From IMG/VR virus record IMGVR_UViG_3300048808_000008, positions 6,918 to 70,917 of that record: a stretch of 64,000 nucleotides of DNA; one strand, given 5' to 3'. The stretch is from a virus. The position numbers were made by a program, and so were the translations under genes. The notes below the pieces were generated by a model. The model did not search any database and was not told the origin of the DNA. It worked only from the letters and a program-made list of their open reading frames with translations. How positions within the stretch are numbered: the stretch's first letter is position 1; each line of letters opens with the position of its first letter. Below, in pieces: positions 37,749 through 45,645 of the stretch.

Positions 37749-38432
37749 TTAGACAGCAAGCATCTTCTCCACAAGTTCCGCAAAGGCCAGTCGGGCGGAC
37801 TCGGCGTTGCACAATCGAGCGTACTTGGCGGACTTGGCGGCGTACTTACAGGCGTTGCGTGCGTGCGCAGCAGCAGCGGTGTGATCGAGGTTATTTCTGT
37901 CGTACCTTGATATGTACTCAGCTGCGTAGAATGCGGAGTACCGCGCGTACTCGCAGGCGCTCCATGTTTTGTACGGGGCAGTGCAACTGACGGCGTACTT
38001 GGCTGAAGACAAGTTAATAATCTCGGGCAAATCTCGCAGGTCTTTTGCCTCAGCCATCAGCTTTTCATTTTCGAGTTCGATGGCTGCAAATCTGCGCACG
38101 GCATAATCTGCGCACAGTAACATCCGTGGCGGCTCTTTACTGTGGTCTCTTGTGCCGATAACTCGCGGGATGAACGGCTTGAGCCAAGCGTCTCTGGCTT
38201 TATCGCTCGGAAGAGAATCGTTCATAGCAACGAATAGTGCTGTTATTACGCGACACACGCAATGAGGCGCATGAGACCAGGGCTCGCCTGCGATGTACGC
38301 GGCAGCCTCGAGAGCGCACATCTCAAGTTCGGTGTGAGTTGTCTGGTTGGGCGGAAGGTGGGATCCTATTTTCAGGGACACTGCCTCAAACTGCGCGAGG
38401 CGTTCCGGGTTGATTGTTGGTGTTTCGGTCAT
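37749..38432 (-). CDS. Conserved-type phage hypothetical protein
   Basis: GSH...MCALEAAAYIAGEPWS..P.CV motif; Ala/Tyr-rich C-terminus. Confidence 0.65.
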   Translation of the reverse strand: MTETPTINPERLAQFEAVSLKIGSHLPPNQTTHTELEMCALEAAAYIAGEPWSHAPHCVCRVITALFVAMNDSLPSDKARDAWLKPFIPRVIGTRDHSKEPPRMLLCADYAVRRFAAIELENEKLMAEAKDLRDLPEIINLSSAKYAVSCTAPYKTWSACEYARYSAFYAAEYISRYDRNNLDHTAAAAHARNACKYAAKSAKYARLCNAESARLAFAELVEKMLAV

Positions 38433-38665
38433 TTGGTTTCCTTATACTCCCTGAGCGCGGCCCGGCCGAGATCGGTTAAGTCGTAGTCGTCCGATTGCGG
38501 ATTAGTCGCCGCGCCGATATAGCCTCGAAAGCACATACTCTTGAAGACCAACTTGGTTTCGTCCCATGTAAGCGCAGCGAATGCCCGACAGGTTTTCTCG
38601 GAGAGGTTCGGGCGTTCCGCAACCGCTTGCAGCACGGCTCTTTCAATCGGCGTCAGTTCACTCAT
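38429..38665 (-). CDS. Small winged-helix-like protein
   Basis: LT..ERAVL...RGYI...Y.LT.LGR pattern. Confidence 0.5.
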   Translation of the reverse strand: MSELTPIERAVLQAVAERPNLSEKTCRAFAALTWDETKLVFKSMCFRGYIGAATNPQSDDYDLTDLGRAALREYKETK

Positions 38666-39065
38666 TGGACTCCTCCCGCGATGTGCGCCAGGCTAACAGG
38701 TTAGCCACCAGACAGTCGTCGGCGTGCGGGAAGTCATGCAGTTCCTTTACCAGTATAGGCCGGTCAGCGATCCTGTGACAAGAGAGGCAGTGATAATTTC
38801 CTTCGCCACAGTATTGCACAGGTTTTTGGTACAGAGGAGTGTCGTTAATAACCCTTTCGAGCAAACTCTCCGCGTGCTCAAGAGCATCGATGGCCTGAAG
38901 TGCGATGTAGCGCAGGTCGGCGTTATTGTCCTCAAGCTCTTGTCTGAGGGCCGAACTGTTAATTGGCGGAGTCCTTTCGTCAGACTCCATCGCGTAGTAC
39001 GCAACGTCCGCCTCGGGGTCGATGCCGAGCTTTTCGCGGACTTTTTCGTTCGCGTCGGTGCTCAT
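38658..39065 (-). CDS. Hypothetical protein (Cys/His C-terminus)
   Basis: CLSC...H..DC motif; coupled overlaps. Confidence 0.55.
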   Translation of the reverse strand: MSTDANEKVREKLGIDPEADVAYYAMESDERTPPINSSALRQELEDNNADLRYIALQAIDALEHAESLLERVINDTPLYQKPVQYCGEGNYHCLSCHRIADRPILVKELHDFPHADDCLVANLLAWRTSREESNE

Positions 39066-39352
39066 TCGGGGCTCCCTTCTACGGGCTGGGCGGCTTCGAT
39101 AGTGTCCCAGTAGAGCACGCCGACAACCTTACCGGAGCACAGACCGTGAAACGTTACGCGTACAACGAATTCTGCTCCAAGTGGCAGACCGCGCTTAATC
39201 GCCTCGGCCGACATCATCTCGGCAAGCTCGTGGCCCGTGAAGGCGCAGGATCGCTCTTTGGAGAAGTGTCGTTTGCCAAGGAATCGCTGGGCCAAACTAG
39301 CAATATATCCCAGGACGGTCGATTCGGGTGGCGCATCAGGTTTAGCTAACAT
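39062..39352 (-). CDS. Hypothetical protein
   Basis: AGGAG RBS, ATGA overlap. Confidence 0.5.
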   Translation of the reverse strand: MLAKPDAPPESTVLGYIASLAQRFLGKRHFSKERSCAFTGHELAEMMSAEAIKRGLPLGAEFVVRVTFHGLCSGKVVGVLYWDTIEAAQPVEGSPE

Positions 39353-39398
39353 TCATCTCTCCTGTTCGGGGCGCGTGGGCTCTAAGGTCATTGTCGGC

Positions 39399-39773
39399 TC
39401 ATCCTGCTTCTTCCTGAATCCTGCGCGGGCTGGGTTGTGGCGGATTGGCGGGGTCATCGGGATTGTTATCCTTCCGGTAACACCAATTCCTATAGCAATT
39501 GATATGAGCCATACTATCCGCAAGGCTGATCGAGCTTTCGGGCGTGCATTCGAGGCCGCAGTACTTGCACGGATATTCGATCCGGCGCTCTAGGATACCG
39601 AGCGGTCCCTTGATTGAGCCGTCGGGCATGATCTCTGTAACGTCCGAAGGCTGCATGAGCCGAGCGATCTCTTTGCCACCGTGCGTGATAAGATACTCTG
39701 CCTTGTGATGCTTCATCTCGTGAAACATCGCGCCCAGATTGTATCTCAGGTAACTAACAGTGACCGTTTTCAT
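39399..39773 (-). CDS. Phd/YefM-fold DNA-binding domain fused to a Cys/His domain
   Basis: MKTVTVSYLRYNL...YLITHGGKEIARLMQP, then CKYC...HINC. Confidence 0.65.
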   Translation of the reverse strand: MKTVTVSYLRYNLGAMFHEMKHHKAEYLITHGGKEIARLMQPSDVTEIMPDGSIKGPLGILERRIEYPCKYCGLECTPESSISLADSMAHINCYRNWCYRKDNNPDDPANPPQPSPRRIQEEAG

Positions 39774-39802
39774 GCGCAACCTCGCAATCGTGTGATGCGA
39801 CT

Positions 39803-39831
39803 ATTATACGACCATGGCACGGATATGTCAA
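39803..39831 (-). promoter_or_regulatory. Sigma70 consensus promoter of the leftward moron block
   Basis: TTGACA-17bp-TATAAT on the minus strand. Confidence 0.7.
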
Positions 39832-39880
39832 CCCTTCCCGCCAACAATTTCCGGTACAATCCCTGAGAGGAGATTCCCGT

Positions 39881-40495
39881 ATGCCGCCTATGTTACCGTC
39901 TAAGCAGACCGCTTTGCAATTTGCCGCCGCTCGCCTGAAATGGATTATCCAGGACGCCAAGATCGAGTCGCTCGTGTTCGCACTGGCCGCCCTTACCCTC
40001 TTTGTCACCGGGCCGATGTTCTGGCCGCAGGACGGAAACCGGATCGATAGCCCGTTCGATAACTGGCCGTGGCTTGCCGAGATCGCGGCCTACATGCCGT
40101 TCAGCCCGAAGGGGCATCAGCTCGCGGCCGGGGTATTGCTGCTCATAGCGATCTGCTTGTTCGCTGTGGCGTTCTACCATCCGGTCGAAGGAAGGTACTC
40201 GACTCCCGTTGCGGCAAAGAGCGGCGAAACACTCGCCCGCCGCCTCGGATGGATCGGGCTTATTGCGGGCGCCTTTGCGATGGCGATATGGTTTTACATC
40301 GGGGTTCGCGCCGTCTCGCTTCACTTTCGGGGGGCCCCGACTTTGCCGTTCGGGCTCGGTATGTTGCATATGTGGGTGTCGTTCCGGTTCGCCGCGTACA
40401 CGCGCTGCGAGCAGGAGGTAGCCAAGGAGACGGTCGAGCGATTGACGCCGAACATAACGGAATCTCAAAGGGGAGATAGTATTCCCGCTCACTAG
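39881..40495 (+). CDS. Multi-pass membrane protein (lysis-associated?)
   Basis: GAGGAG RBS; about four TM helices. Confidence 0.65.
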   Translation: MPPMLPSKQTALQFAAARLKWIIQDAKIESLVFALAALTLFVTGPMFWPQDGNRIDSPFDNWPWLAEIAAYMPFSPKGHQLAAGVLLLIAICLFAVAFYHPVEGRYSTPVAAKSGETLARRLGWIGLIAGAFAMAIWFYIGVRAVSLHFRGAPTLPFGLGMLHMWVSFRFAAYTRCEQEVAKETVERLTPNITESQRGDSIPAH

Positions 40496-40525
40496 GTGAC
40501 TGTTACGGATTGGAGGTAACGGAAT

Positions 40526-40798
40526 ATGTCGGCAGGATTTTGGGACGGCGTGATTGCGCTTACGACCGGCATTGGGGCGGTCTTAGCTACGATATGGTCG
40601 GTCAAGGCGGCCGGCCGGCGCGAGGCAAAGCGGGAACGGTATACAGATTCACTCACCGACTGCCAGAAGGAGCTCCAGGAATGTACGGACCGCTGGGCAT
40701 CGGTCAACCGAACGTGCCTGTCTGGTTTCGAGGATTTTAAGACACTCCAGCAACATGTGCGCTTCCTGCAGGACGTGGCGCGGAACAACGGGAATTGA
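40526..40798 (+). CDS. Putative holin-like protein (one TM plus coiled coil)
   Basis: GGAGG RBS; directly upstream of the endolysin. Confidence 0.55.
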   Translation: MSAGFWDGVIALTTGIGAVLATIWSVKAAGRREAKRERYTDSLTDCQKELQECTDRWASVNRTCLSGFEDFKTLQQHVRFLQDVARNNGN

Positions 40799-40881
40799 CC
40801 AACGGCGGCTGGCCGAGCAAGTTTGGGGTACACTTACCGCAGATAACGATCGCGGACTTTATAGAAGGAGTGAGGTATATT

Positions 40882-41505
40882 ATGGGTAGGGGATTCGACT
40901 GTTATAGGCCCGATCTGGTTGCCGACCGCCTTGACGAGATCGTGGCAGCGGGTTACGAGTGGGTTGCTTTTTATGGATTCCATTCCTCGCAATTCAAGGT
41001 TCCGCTGACATTGGATCTCGCCAAGCGCATCTCCGCTAAGCTCGAAATCGTTATGGTCTACGAGAACGGCTTCCCAACCTCCGACGACTATTTCACGAGC
41101 GAGCAGGGGGAGACCGACGCGCATGAGATCATAGCCAGCGCAAAACTCCTCACGATGCCGACCGATCTCACCGTGCCGTACTATTATGCCGTTGACTATG
41201 ACATGAGCCCCAATTCATTCGGGCGCCTGGACGACTACGCTGGGCCGATCCACGACGCGTTGAAAGACGCGGGATTGCTCACCGGGCCGTACGGCAGCGG
41301 AATCGTCTGCCAGCACATCCTAGACGCCGGGACGGGGCATTTCGCGTGGCTCTCACAATCGACCGCCTTCCCCGGCTACGAGGCGTTCAAGCCGAAAGCC
41401 AACATCGTGCAGGGTCCTAGCTTCTCCTTGTTCGGGATCGACTGCGATTCTGACGAGACAACCGGGAAAGGCGGCGGCTGGCGCATCACGCGCGGCGTGG
41501 TATAA
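40882..41505 (+). CDS. Endolysin, DUF1906 / Rv2525c-like glycoside hydrolase
   Basis: GFDC, VMVYE, G..DA, YYAVDYD, GPYGS, WLSQS, IDCD motifs. Confidence 0.8.
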   Translation: MGRGFDCYRPDLVADRLDEIVAAGYEWVAFYGFHSSQFKVPLTLDLAKRISAKLEIVMVYENGFPTSDDYFTSEQGETDAHEIIASAKLLTMPTDLTVPYYYAVDYDMSPNSFGRLDDYAGPIHDALKDAGLLTGPYGSGIVCQHILDAGTGHFAWLSQSTAFPGYEAFKPKANIVQGPSFSLFGIDCDSDETTGKGGGWRITRGVV

Positions 41506-41728
41506 TCGGAGGCATGGAACTAAAAGCGGCCCGGATTTCTGCGAGCCGCACAGCGCTTAGGGGGCGCTGATACCGCGAACCAGAAGATTGGCTACAGATA
41601 TCTTTGGATCGCTCGTATCCGCGCTTGGCAGTACGCTCGCAACGGAGTTTTCGCCAAGAATCGGATGCGCATTCAGCGAAACGGCAATCGGTGGATCATT
41701 ATGGTAGGCGACTGGCGTTAACACACGT

Positions 41729-41823
41729 GGCAGTCTCATCGCTGCCCGTCCCGCGATTGGTCCTAGCCGGGCCAACCAATCGCGGCGATTTCAAACCATT
41801 CCCGTCGATGAGCGGGAGAATGG
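41729..41823 (+). ncRNA. Candidate structured RNA: three hairpins with a 7-bp loop-loop complement
   Basis: GGCAG/CTGCC, CCGCGATTGGT/ACCAATCGCGG and TCCCG/CGGGA stems; loops CTCATCG and CGATGAG. Confidence 0.55.
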
Positions 41824-41834
41824 AACACTCTCAG

Positions 41835-42146
41835 ATGGCAAAAATCCAGATCACGGGTCTTGAAGAAACGCTCGTAGATTGGGGCATCGACCAGGCGCTC
41901 GGAACGAAGATCGGCGGCGAGATCACGGCCGTTCTCAACCCCATCGCTTCAGGGATCGCTTCGGGCCTAACGACTGAACAGGCGCTCTTGCAGGTCGCTA
42001 TCAATCTGGCCGGCGACGTTAAAACGACCAACCCGACCGTCGTGGCGGTCGAAGCGGCGTTTGTAGCGGTTGCGGAGGCAGTCGAGGGCGGCGCTTCGAT
42101 CACGGCGGCCTTCACCTCAGTGCTCGGCACGCTCACGGGAGACTAA
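41835..42146 (+). CDS. Hydrophobic Ala/Gly-rich protein
   Basis: 103 aa; start could be 41820. Confidence 0.6.
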   Translation: MAKIQITGLEETLVDWGIDQALGTKIGGEITAVLNPIASGIASGLTTEQALLQVAINLAGDVKTTNPTVVAVEAAFVAVAEAVEGGASITAAFTSVLGTLTGD

Positions 42147-42149
42147 TCT

Positions 42150-42458
42150 ATGCCCACGGAACTGCAAACAGTCGAGGCCAAAATCAAGGCCGATCTCTTC
42201 AACGAAAAGTACCTGACGAACATCGCCGACTGGGCGAAGGCACAGGTGCATGACTATCTCGAAGCGCATCAGGGCGCGGCCGAGGCTGAAGTGACAACGG
42301 CCGTAACGGTTGCTCTGCCGAAACTGATTGGCCTACTGTCGGCGCTTCTACCGCCGTTCCTGCGGCCGTTCGTGACCGAGCTTGAGACATTCGCGGAGTC
42401 CAAGCTGGCGGGACTTATCTCGCTCGCGTATGCCGAAGCGGAGAAGGTCACGGCGTAA
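42150..42458 (+). CDS. Helical protein, possibly lysis-associated
   Basis: GGGAG RBS; amphipathic segment. Confidence 0.6.
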   Translation: MPTELQTVEAKIKADLFNEKYLTNIADWAKAQVHDYLEAHQGAAEAEVTTAVTVALPKLIGLLSALLPPFLRPFVTELETFAESKLAGLISLAYAEAEKVTA

Positions 42459-42465
42459 CCACTAT

Positions 42466-42575
42466 CCGGCTCGCCTCTTGTAAAGCCTCGTTCTCTCAAG
42501 GAACGGGTCCGCCGAATAAGCCCCTCCGGGCAAATAAGGCGGATAGGCGAGCCGGGTTTAACAAAGAGGTTCGAG
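42466..42575 (+). ncRNA. Candidate switch-like structured RNA (three-way junction with an alternative helix)
   Basis: P1 CCGGCTCGCCT/AGGCGAGCCGG encloses two hairpins; the 5' strand can alternatively pair with 42557-42575. Confidence 0.55.
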
Positions 42576-42581
42576 AAAGCC

Positions 42582-42872
42582 ATGGTATTCTTTCATAGAA
42601 ACAACGAGTCAGAGCCAACAACGGAACGGGACATCACCCCGATCGACGTATCCCAGCACATGGGTGCACAGGAGTTGATCGATCTAACCAGTGCGCTTCA
42701 GCCGGTGATGGACGCAACGAACGCGTTGATCGGTCTAATTAATGCGCTTAAGCCGATTATAGACGCAACGAATGCGTTTTATGTCATGAATGCTCCTCAA
42801 GCAGGCGAGTATCGAACCGTAACAGACACTCCATTTGAGCTATCTGAAGGAGTAATAAACAAAAGTGGATAA
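42582..42872 (+). CDS. Hypothetical protein with an internal AL.P..DATNA repeat
   Basis: 96-aa ORF. Confidence 0.5.
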   Translation: MVFFHRNNESEPTTERDITPIDVSQHMGAQELIDLTSALQPVMDATNALIGLINALKPIIDATNAFYVMNAPQAGEYRTVTDTPFELSEGVINKSG

Positions 42873-42987
42873 TACTGATACAAACGAAGATGTAGAGATC
42901 GAACAAGAAGAGCACGTGGATGAAGTCCACGATACTCTTGTTGAAGAGGGTGTCGAGTCGCAAGATTCTAAACCTGGAGAAGTATAA
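42865..42987 (+). CDS. 40-aa highly acidic peptide (not in the ORF track)
   Basis: GTG start, AAGGAG upstream, 16 of 40 residues D/E. Confidence 0.45.
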   Translation: MDNTDTNEDVEIEQEEHVDEVHDTLVEEGVESQDSKPGEV

Positions 42988-43050
42988 CAATACTCCGGTA
43001 TCATAGCGGCGCTGCTAATGATACCAAACGGGCGGAATGTATAATAACGC

Positions 43051-43455
43051 ATGGATACCATCGCTCCCGAGCCGCTTTATCTGAAAACCGACTGCCACCC
43101 TGAAGCCAAGGGGCGCAAGCCCAAAGCTGGCGAACACGGATGGACGCTCAACATGATGCTGGAAGATGGCCGAATGCTATACCTCCAAATTGGCAAGGTC
43201 GGCCGCGATAACTTCCGCATGATGCTTGCCCAAGAGGAATTGGAGGACATTTGCGAGCATCATAGAATCGGCTTTCCGTTGACGGGCGACATGGAGAAGG
43301 ACTTGGCGACGGCGAAGGAATTCGTAAAGCATGACCGGCTGATTGCCGAAGAGATGTGCCCGAACGGACACGGACCGCTGGTAGCGAGCGGGCAGAATAA
43401 CTTCGATTGTCCGATTTGCCTGTTCCATTTCCAGATAGTCGAAGTGAGTGCCTAA
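43051..43455 (+). CDS. Hypothetical protein with a C-terminal Zn ribbon
   Basis: CPNGH...CPIC; TGTATAAT just upstream suggests a leaderless transcript. Confidence 0.6.
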   Translation: MDTIAPEPLYLKTDCHPEAKGRKPKAGEHGWTLNMMLEDGRMLYLQIGKVGRDNFRMMLAQEELEDICEHHRIGFPLTGDMEKDLATAKEFVKHDRLIAEEMCPNGHGPLVASGQNNFDCPICLFHFQIVEVSA

Positions 43456-43486
43456 TGCCTGACCGGTCAACTGACCCACGCGAAGG

Positions 43487-43753
43487 GTGGATTGCATGAT
43501 CGTGCTTGACAAACTTGGGTGGCCAGTAGAACTGTACAGGGATAGGCCCATTATCAACCTGATACGGCTATTTGTCCACGGCCGCAAGATCGTTCGTACA
43601 TGGGTGCAACCTACCCATGTAGACGGCTGTCCCGTCGTAAATGAAACCGAATTTGAACGGTTGCGCGAACAGGCAGTTAGGGAGTGTTTCATGACCGGGG
43701 AGGTCGTCAGCGGAAATTACGTCGTGGCACAAGTGCTAACTCCGATACGGTGA
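43487..43753 (+). CDS. Hypothetical protein
   Basis: 88-aa ORF; start uncertain. Confidence 0.45.
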   Translation: MDCMIVLDKLGWPVELYRDRPIINLIRLFVHGRKIVRTWVQPTHVDGCPVVNETEFERLREQAVRECFMTGEVVSGNYVVAQVLTPIR

Positions 43754-43888
43754 TTAACGCTCAACCAGAACTCGGCGCGTCCGCCTAAGTACACGGGGGA
43801 TACGGCCAAGGTCACGGAAAGCCCCGGCTAAAGCAGGCTTGACTTGCGGCACGTCAGAGTACATGCCGCGCCTTGTGGAGGACGAACA

Positions 43889-44725
43889 TTGAAAACAGTG
43901 ACCCGAAACTTCGCCGTCGTCTTGATCGCGCTTGCGGCTATGTTGGCAATGAGAGGTTGCGAGGAGCCGGTTGTGGCCCAATCGTTGGCGCCTCAGCCGC
44001 TCGGCGCGCCGTCAACTTCCGGCCCCTGGACACTGACGTTCTCAGATAACTTCGCGACTGACACGGCTCTCGATGCAACCAAGTGGTCGACGACCTGGCT
44101 TGGCGGCTTTCAGACACACGGCGGGGCGAACGAGGTAGGTTATTACACCCCGGATAATGTAAGTATCACGGCCGGCGGCCTTGCGATTACGACGCGATCG
44201 GCGGCTGACAGTCCGAGCTCTTTTGCCGGCATTCCGTACACAACAGGCATGATCTCAAGTGCAGGGCATTTCTCCCAGCTTTATGGCTGGTTTCAGATCA
44301 CGTTGAAATTCCCTGTGGAGGGTAGGGTCGGCGGGATCTGGGATGGCTTCTGGCTGCGAGGAGTGAGAACTCGGCCGCCGGAGACTGATGTAATCGAGAG
44401 CCTCAGTAGATACCCATTTGATAACTACGAGACGTTGTGGTGGGTCGGGGCGCACGGCCAGCCGGTCATGACGCAGCGCATGATAGGCCCGTCCAATTTG
44501 GAGGACGGCAAATTCCATACCTACGCAGTTTGGTGGAGTGCGGCGTTTGTAAAGTGGTACGTTGACGGAAAGTGTGTCCGTGCGCTTACGGCCAACGTGC
44601 CGAATGTGGCACAGTTTCTCTATTTCAACCAGGCCGCCGACGCACGGTCGTTCGACCCGATCGGCACTGGTACACCATTGCCCGCAACGGCTGTGATAGA
44701 GAGTATCGACGTTTGGCAGGAGTGA
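43889..44725 (+). CDS. Secreted glycoside hydrolase family 16
   Basis: GGAGG RBS and TTG start; signal-like N-terminus; W.LTFSDNF, FSQLYG, GIWDGFW, catalytic ETDVIE, FHTYAVWW. Confidence 0.85.
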   Translation: MKTVTRNFAVVLIALAAMLAMRGCEEPVVAQSLAPQPLGAPSTSGPWTLTFSDNFATDTALDATKWSTTWLGGFQTHGGANEVGYYTPDNVSITAGGLAITTRSAADSPSSFAGIPYTTGMISSAGHFSQLYGWFQITLKFPVEGRVGGIWDGFWLRGVRTRPPETDVIESLSRYPFDNYETLWWVGAHGQPVMTQRMIGPSNLEDGKFHTYAVWWSAAFVKWYVDGKCVRALTANVPNVAQFLYFNQAADARSFDPIGTGTPLPATAVIESIDVWQE

Positions 44726-44726
44726 T

Positions 44727-44797
44727 GAGGGCGTGGCGTAACGGTAGCGCAGCGGACTCCAAACCCGCCGGTTCCGGTCCGAATCCGGGCGCTCTCG
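44727..44797 (+). tRNA. tRNA-Trp(CCA), atypical
   Basis: Cloverleaf with GAGGGCG/CGCTCTC acceptor and CTCCAAA anticodon loop; A31-C39 mismatch; T-loop TCCGAAT; no encoded CCA. Confidence 0.8.
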
Positions 44798-44843
44798 TGG
44801 TATAATCTCAGCGTCTACTCCTATCGCGTACATCGTTCATTTT

Positions 44844-44870
44844 AGCCGCCGAGTATTCGGCGGCTCTTTT
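44844..44870 (+). terminator. Rho-independent terminator after the tRNA
   Basis: AGCCGCCGA/TCGGCGGCT followed by CTTTT. Confidence 0.7.
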
Positions 44871-44936
44871 CTTGCCGATCCCAACTCATCGACTTATTCG
44901 AAGAGTTCGAATAACTCACCAAAGGAGAATTCCAAC

Positions 44937-45614
44937 ATGTCTACAGTCATCGGGCCGGTTGTTGCAGCGGATCTGTTCCAGCAGCTTGACATCTTGAAGT
45001 CGCCCCCGCTCGGCCGCCCAACCAATATCAGGAGGTTCTTCGCTCCGTGGGAACCTGTGCACGAGGCCATCATGACGTGCCTGAACGCGGTCACAGGGTC
45101 GCTCTACGTGGAGATGTTTGGATTCGACGACCCTCTCGTGGAGGCCAAGATTATTGAGATCGCACAGAATCCGGATATCTACGAGATGGTGTGCCTGGAC
45201 AAGACCCAGGAAGCCGGCAGAGGTGAGCACCCGCTTGCGCTTGCACTGCTCGGCCAACCGGCTACCGATACTGCAGTCGGTACTTCGCCTTCAGGAGACA
45301 TCGCTCACCGGAAAACTTTTATCATCAACGAGAGGTATGTCCTCTGCGGATCGACCAACCTCAGCAAGAAGGGCGAAGGGGACGGGGAGGGTCACGGTCA
45401 GTTTAACGAGCTTACCATCATCGATGACGTAATTCTCGCCGCCGAGTCAATCGCGATGGTGAAGCGCACTCATGCCGTGATGTTAGCTCAAATGCTCAGG
45501 CACGCAGCGAGCGCCGGGGTGCCTCAGCCAATCGCGCCCGTCGTCACGCCGGACACTGTGACCGTGACGACCACGATGAACCTTCCTTCCAAGTCCGCAG
45601 ACGCCCCTGGTTGA
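44937..45614 (+). CDS. Single-domain phospholipase D superfamily (Nuc-like) protein
   Basis: HRKTFIIN...GSTNLS...NEL, an HKD variant with N in place of D; AAGGAG RBS. Confidence 0.8.
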   Translation: MSTVIGPVVAADLFQQLDILKSPPLGRPTNIRRFFAPWEPVHEAIMTCLNAVTGSLYVEMFGFDDPLVEAKIIEIAQNPDIYEMVCLDKTQEAGRGEHPLALALLGQPATDTAVGTSPSGDIAHRKTFIINERYVLCGSTNLSKKGEGDGEGHGQFNELTIIDDVILAAESIAMVKRTHAVMLAQMLRHAASAGVPQPIAPVVTPDTVTVTTTMNLPSKSADAPG

Positions 45615-45645
45615 GCTGTTGCATATTTTGCAACAGTTGAATTAG

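Noticed and set aside
44727-44797. tRNA as an attachment site or prophage boundary
   Set aside because: Phage-like genes continue on both sides; no duplicated tRNA 3' end or integrase was found.
44798-44870. Theta/HDV-like ribozyme after the tRNA
   Set aside because: No nested double pseudoknot could be built; only a -10-like box and a terminator are present.
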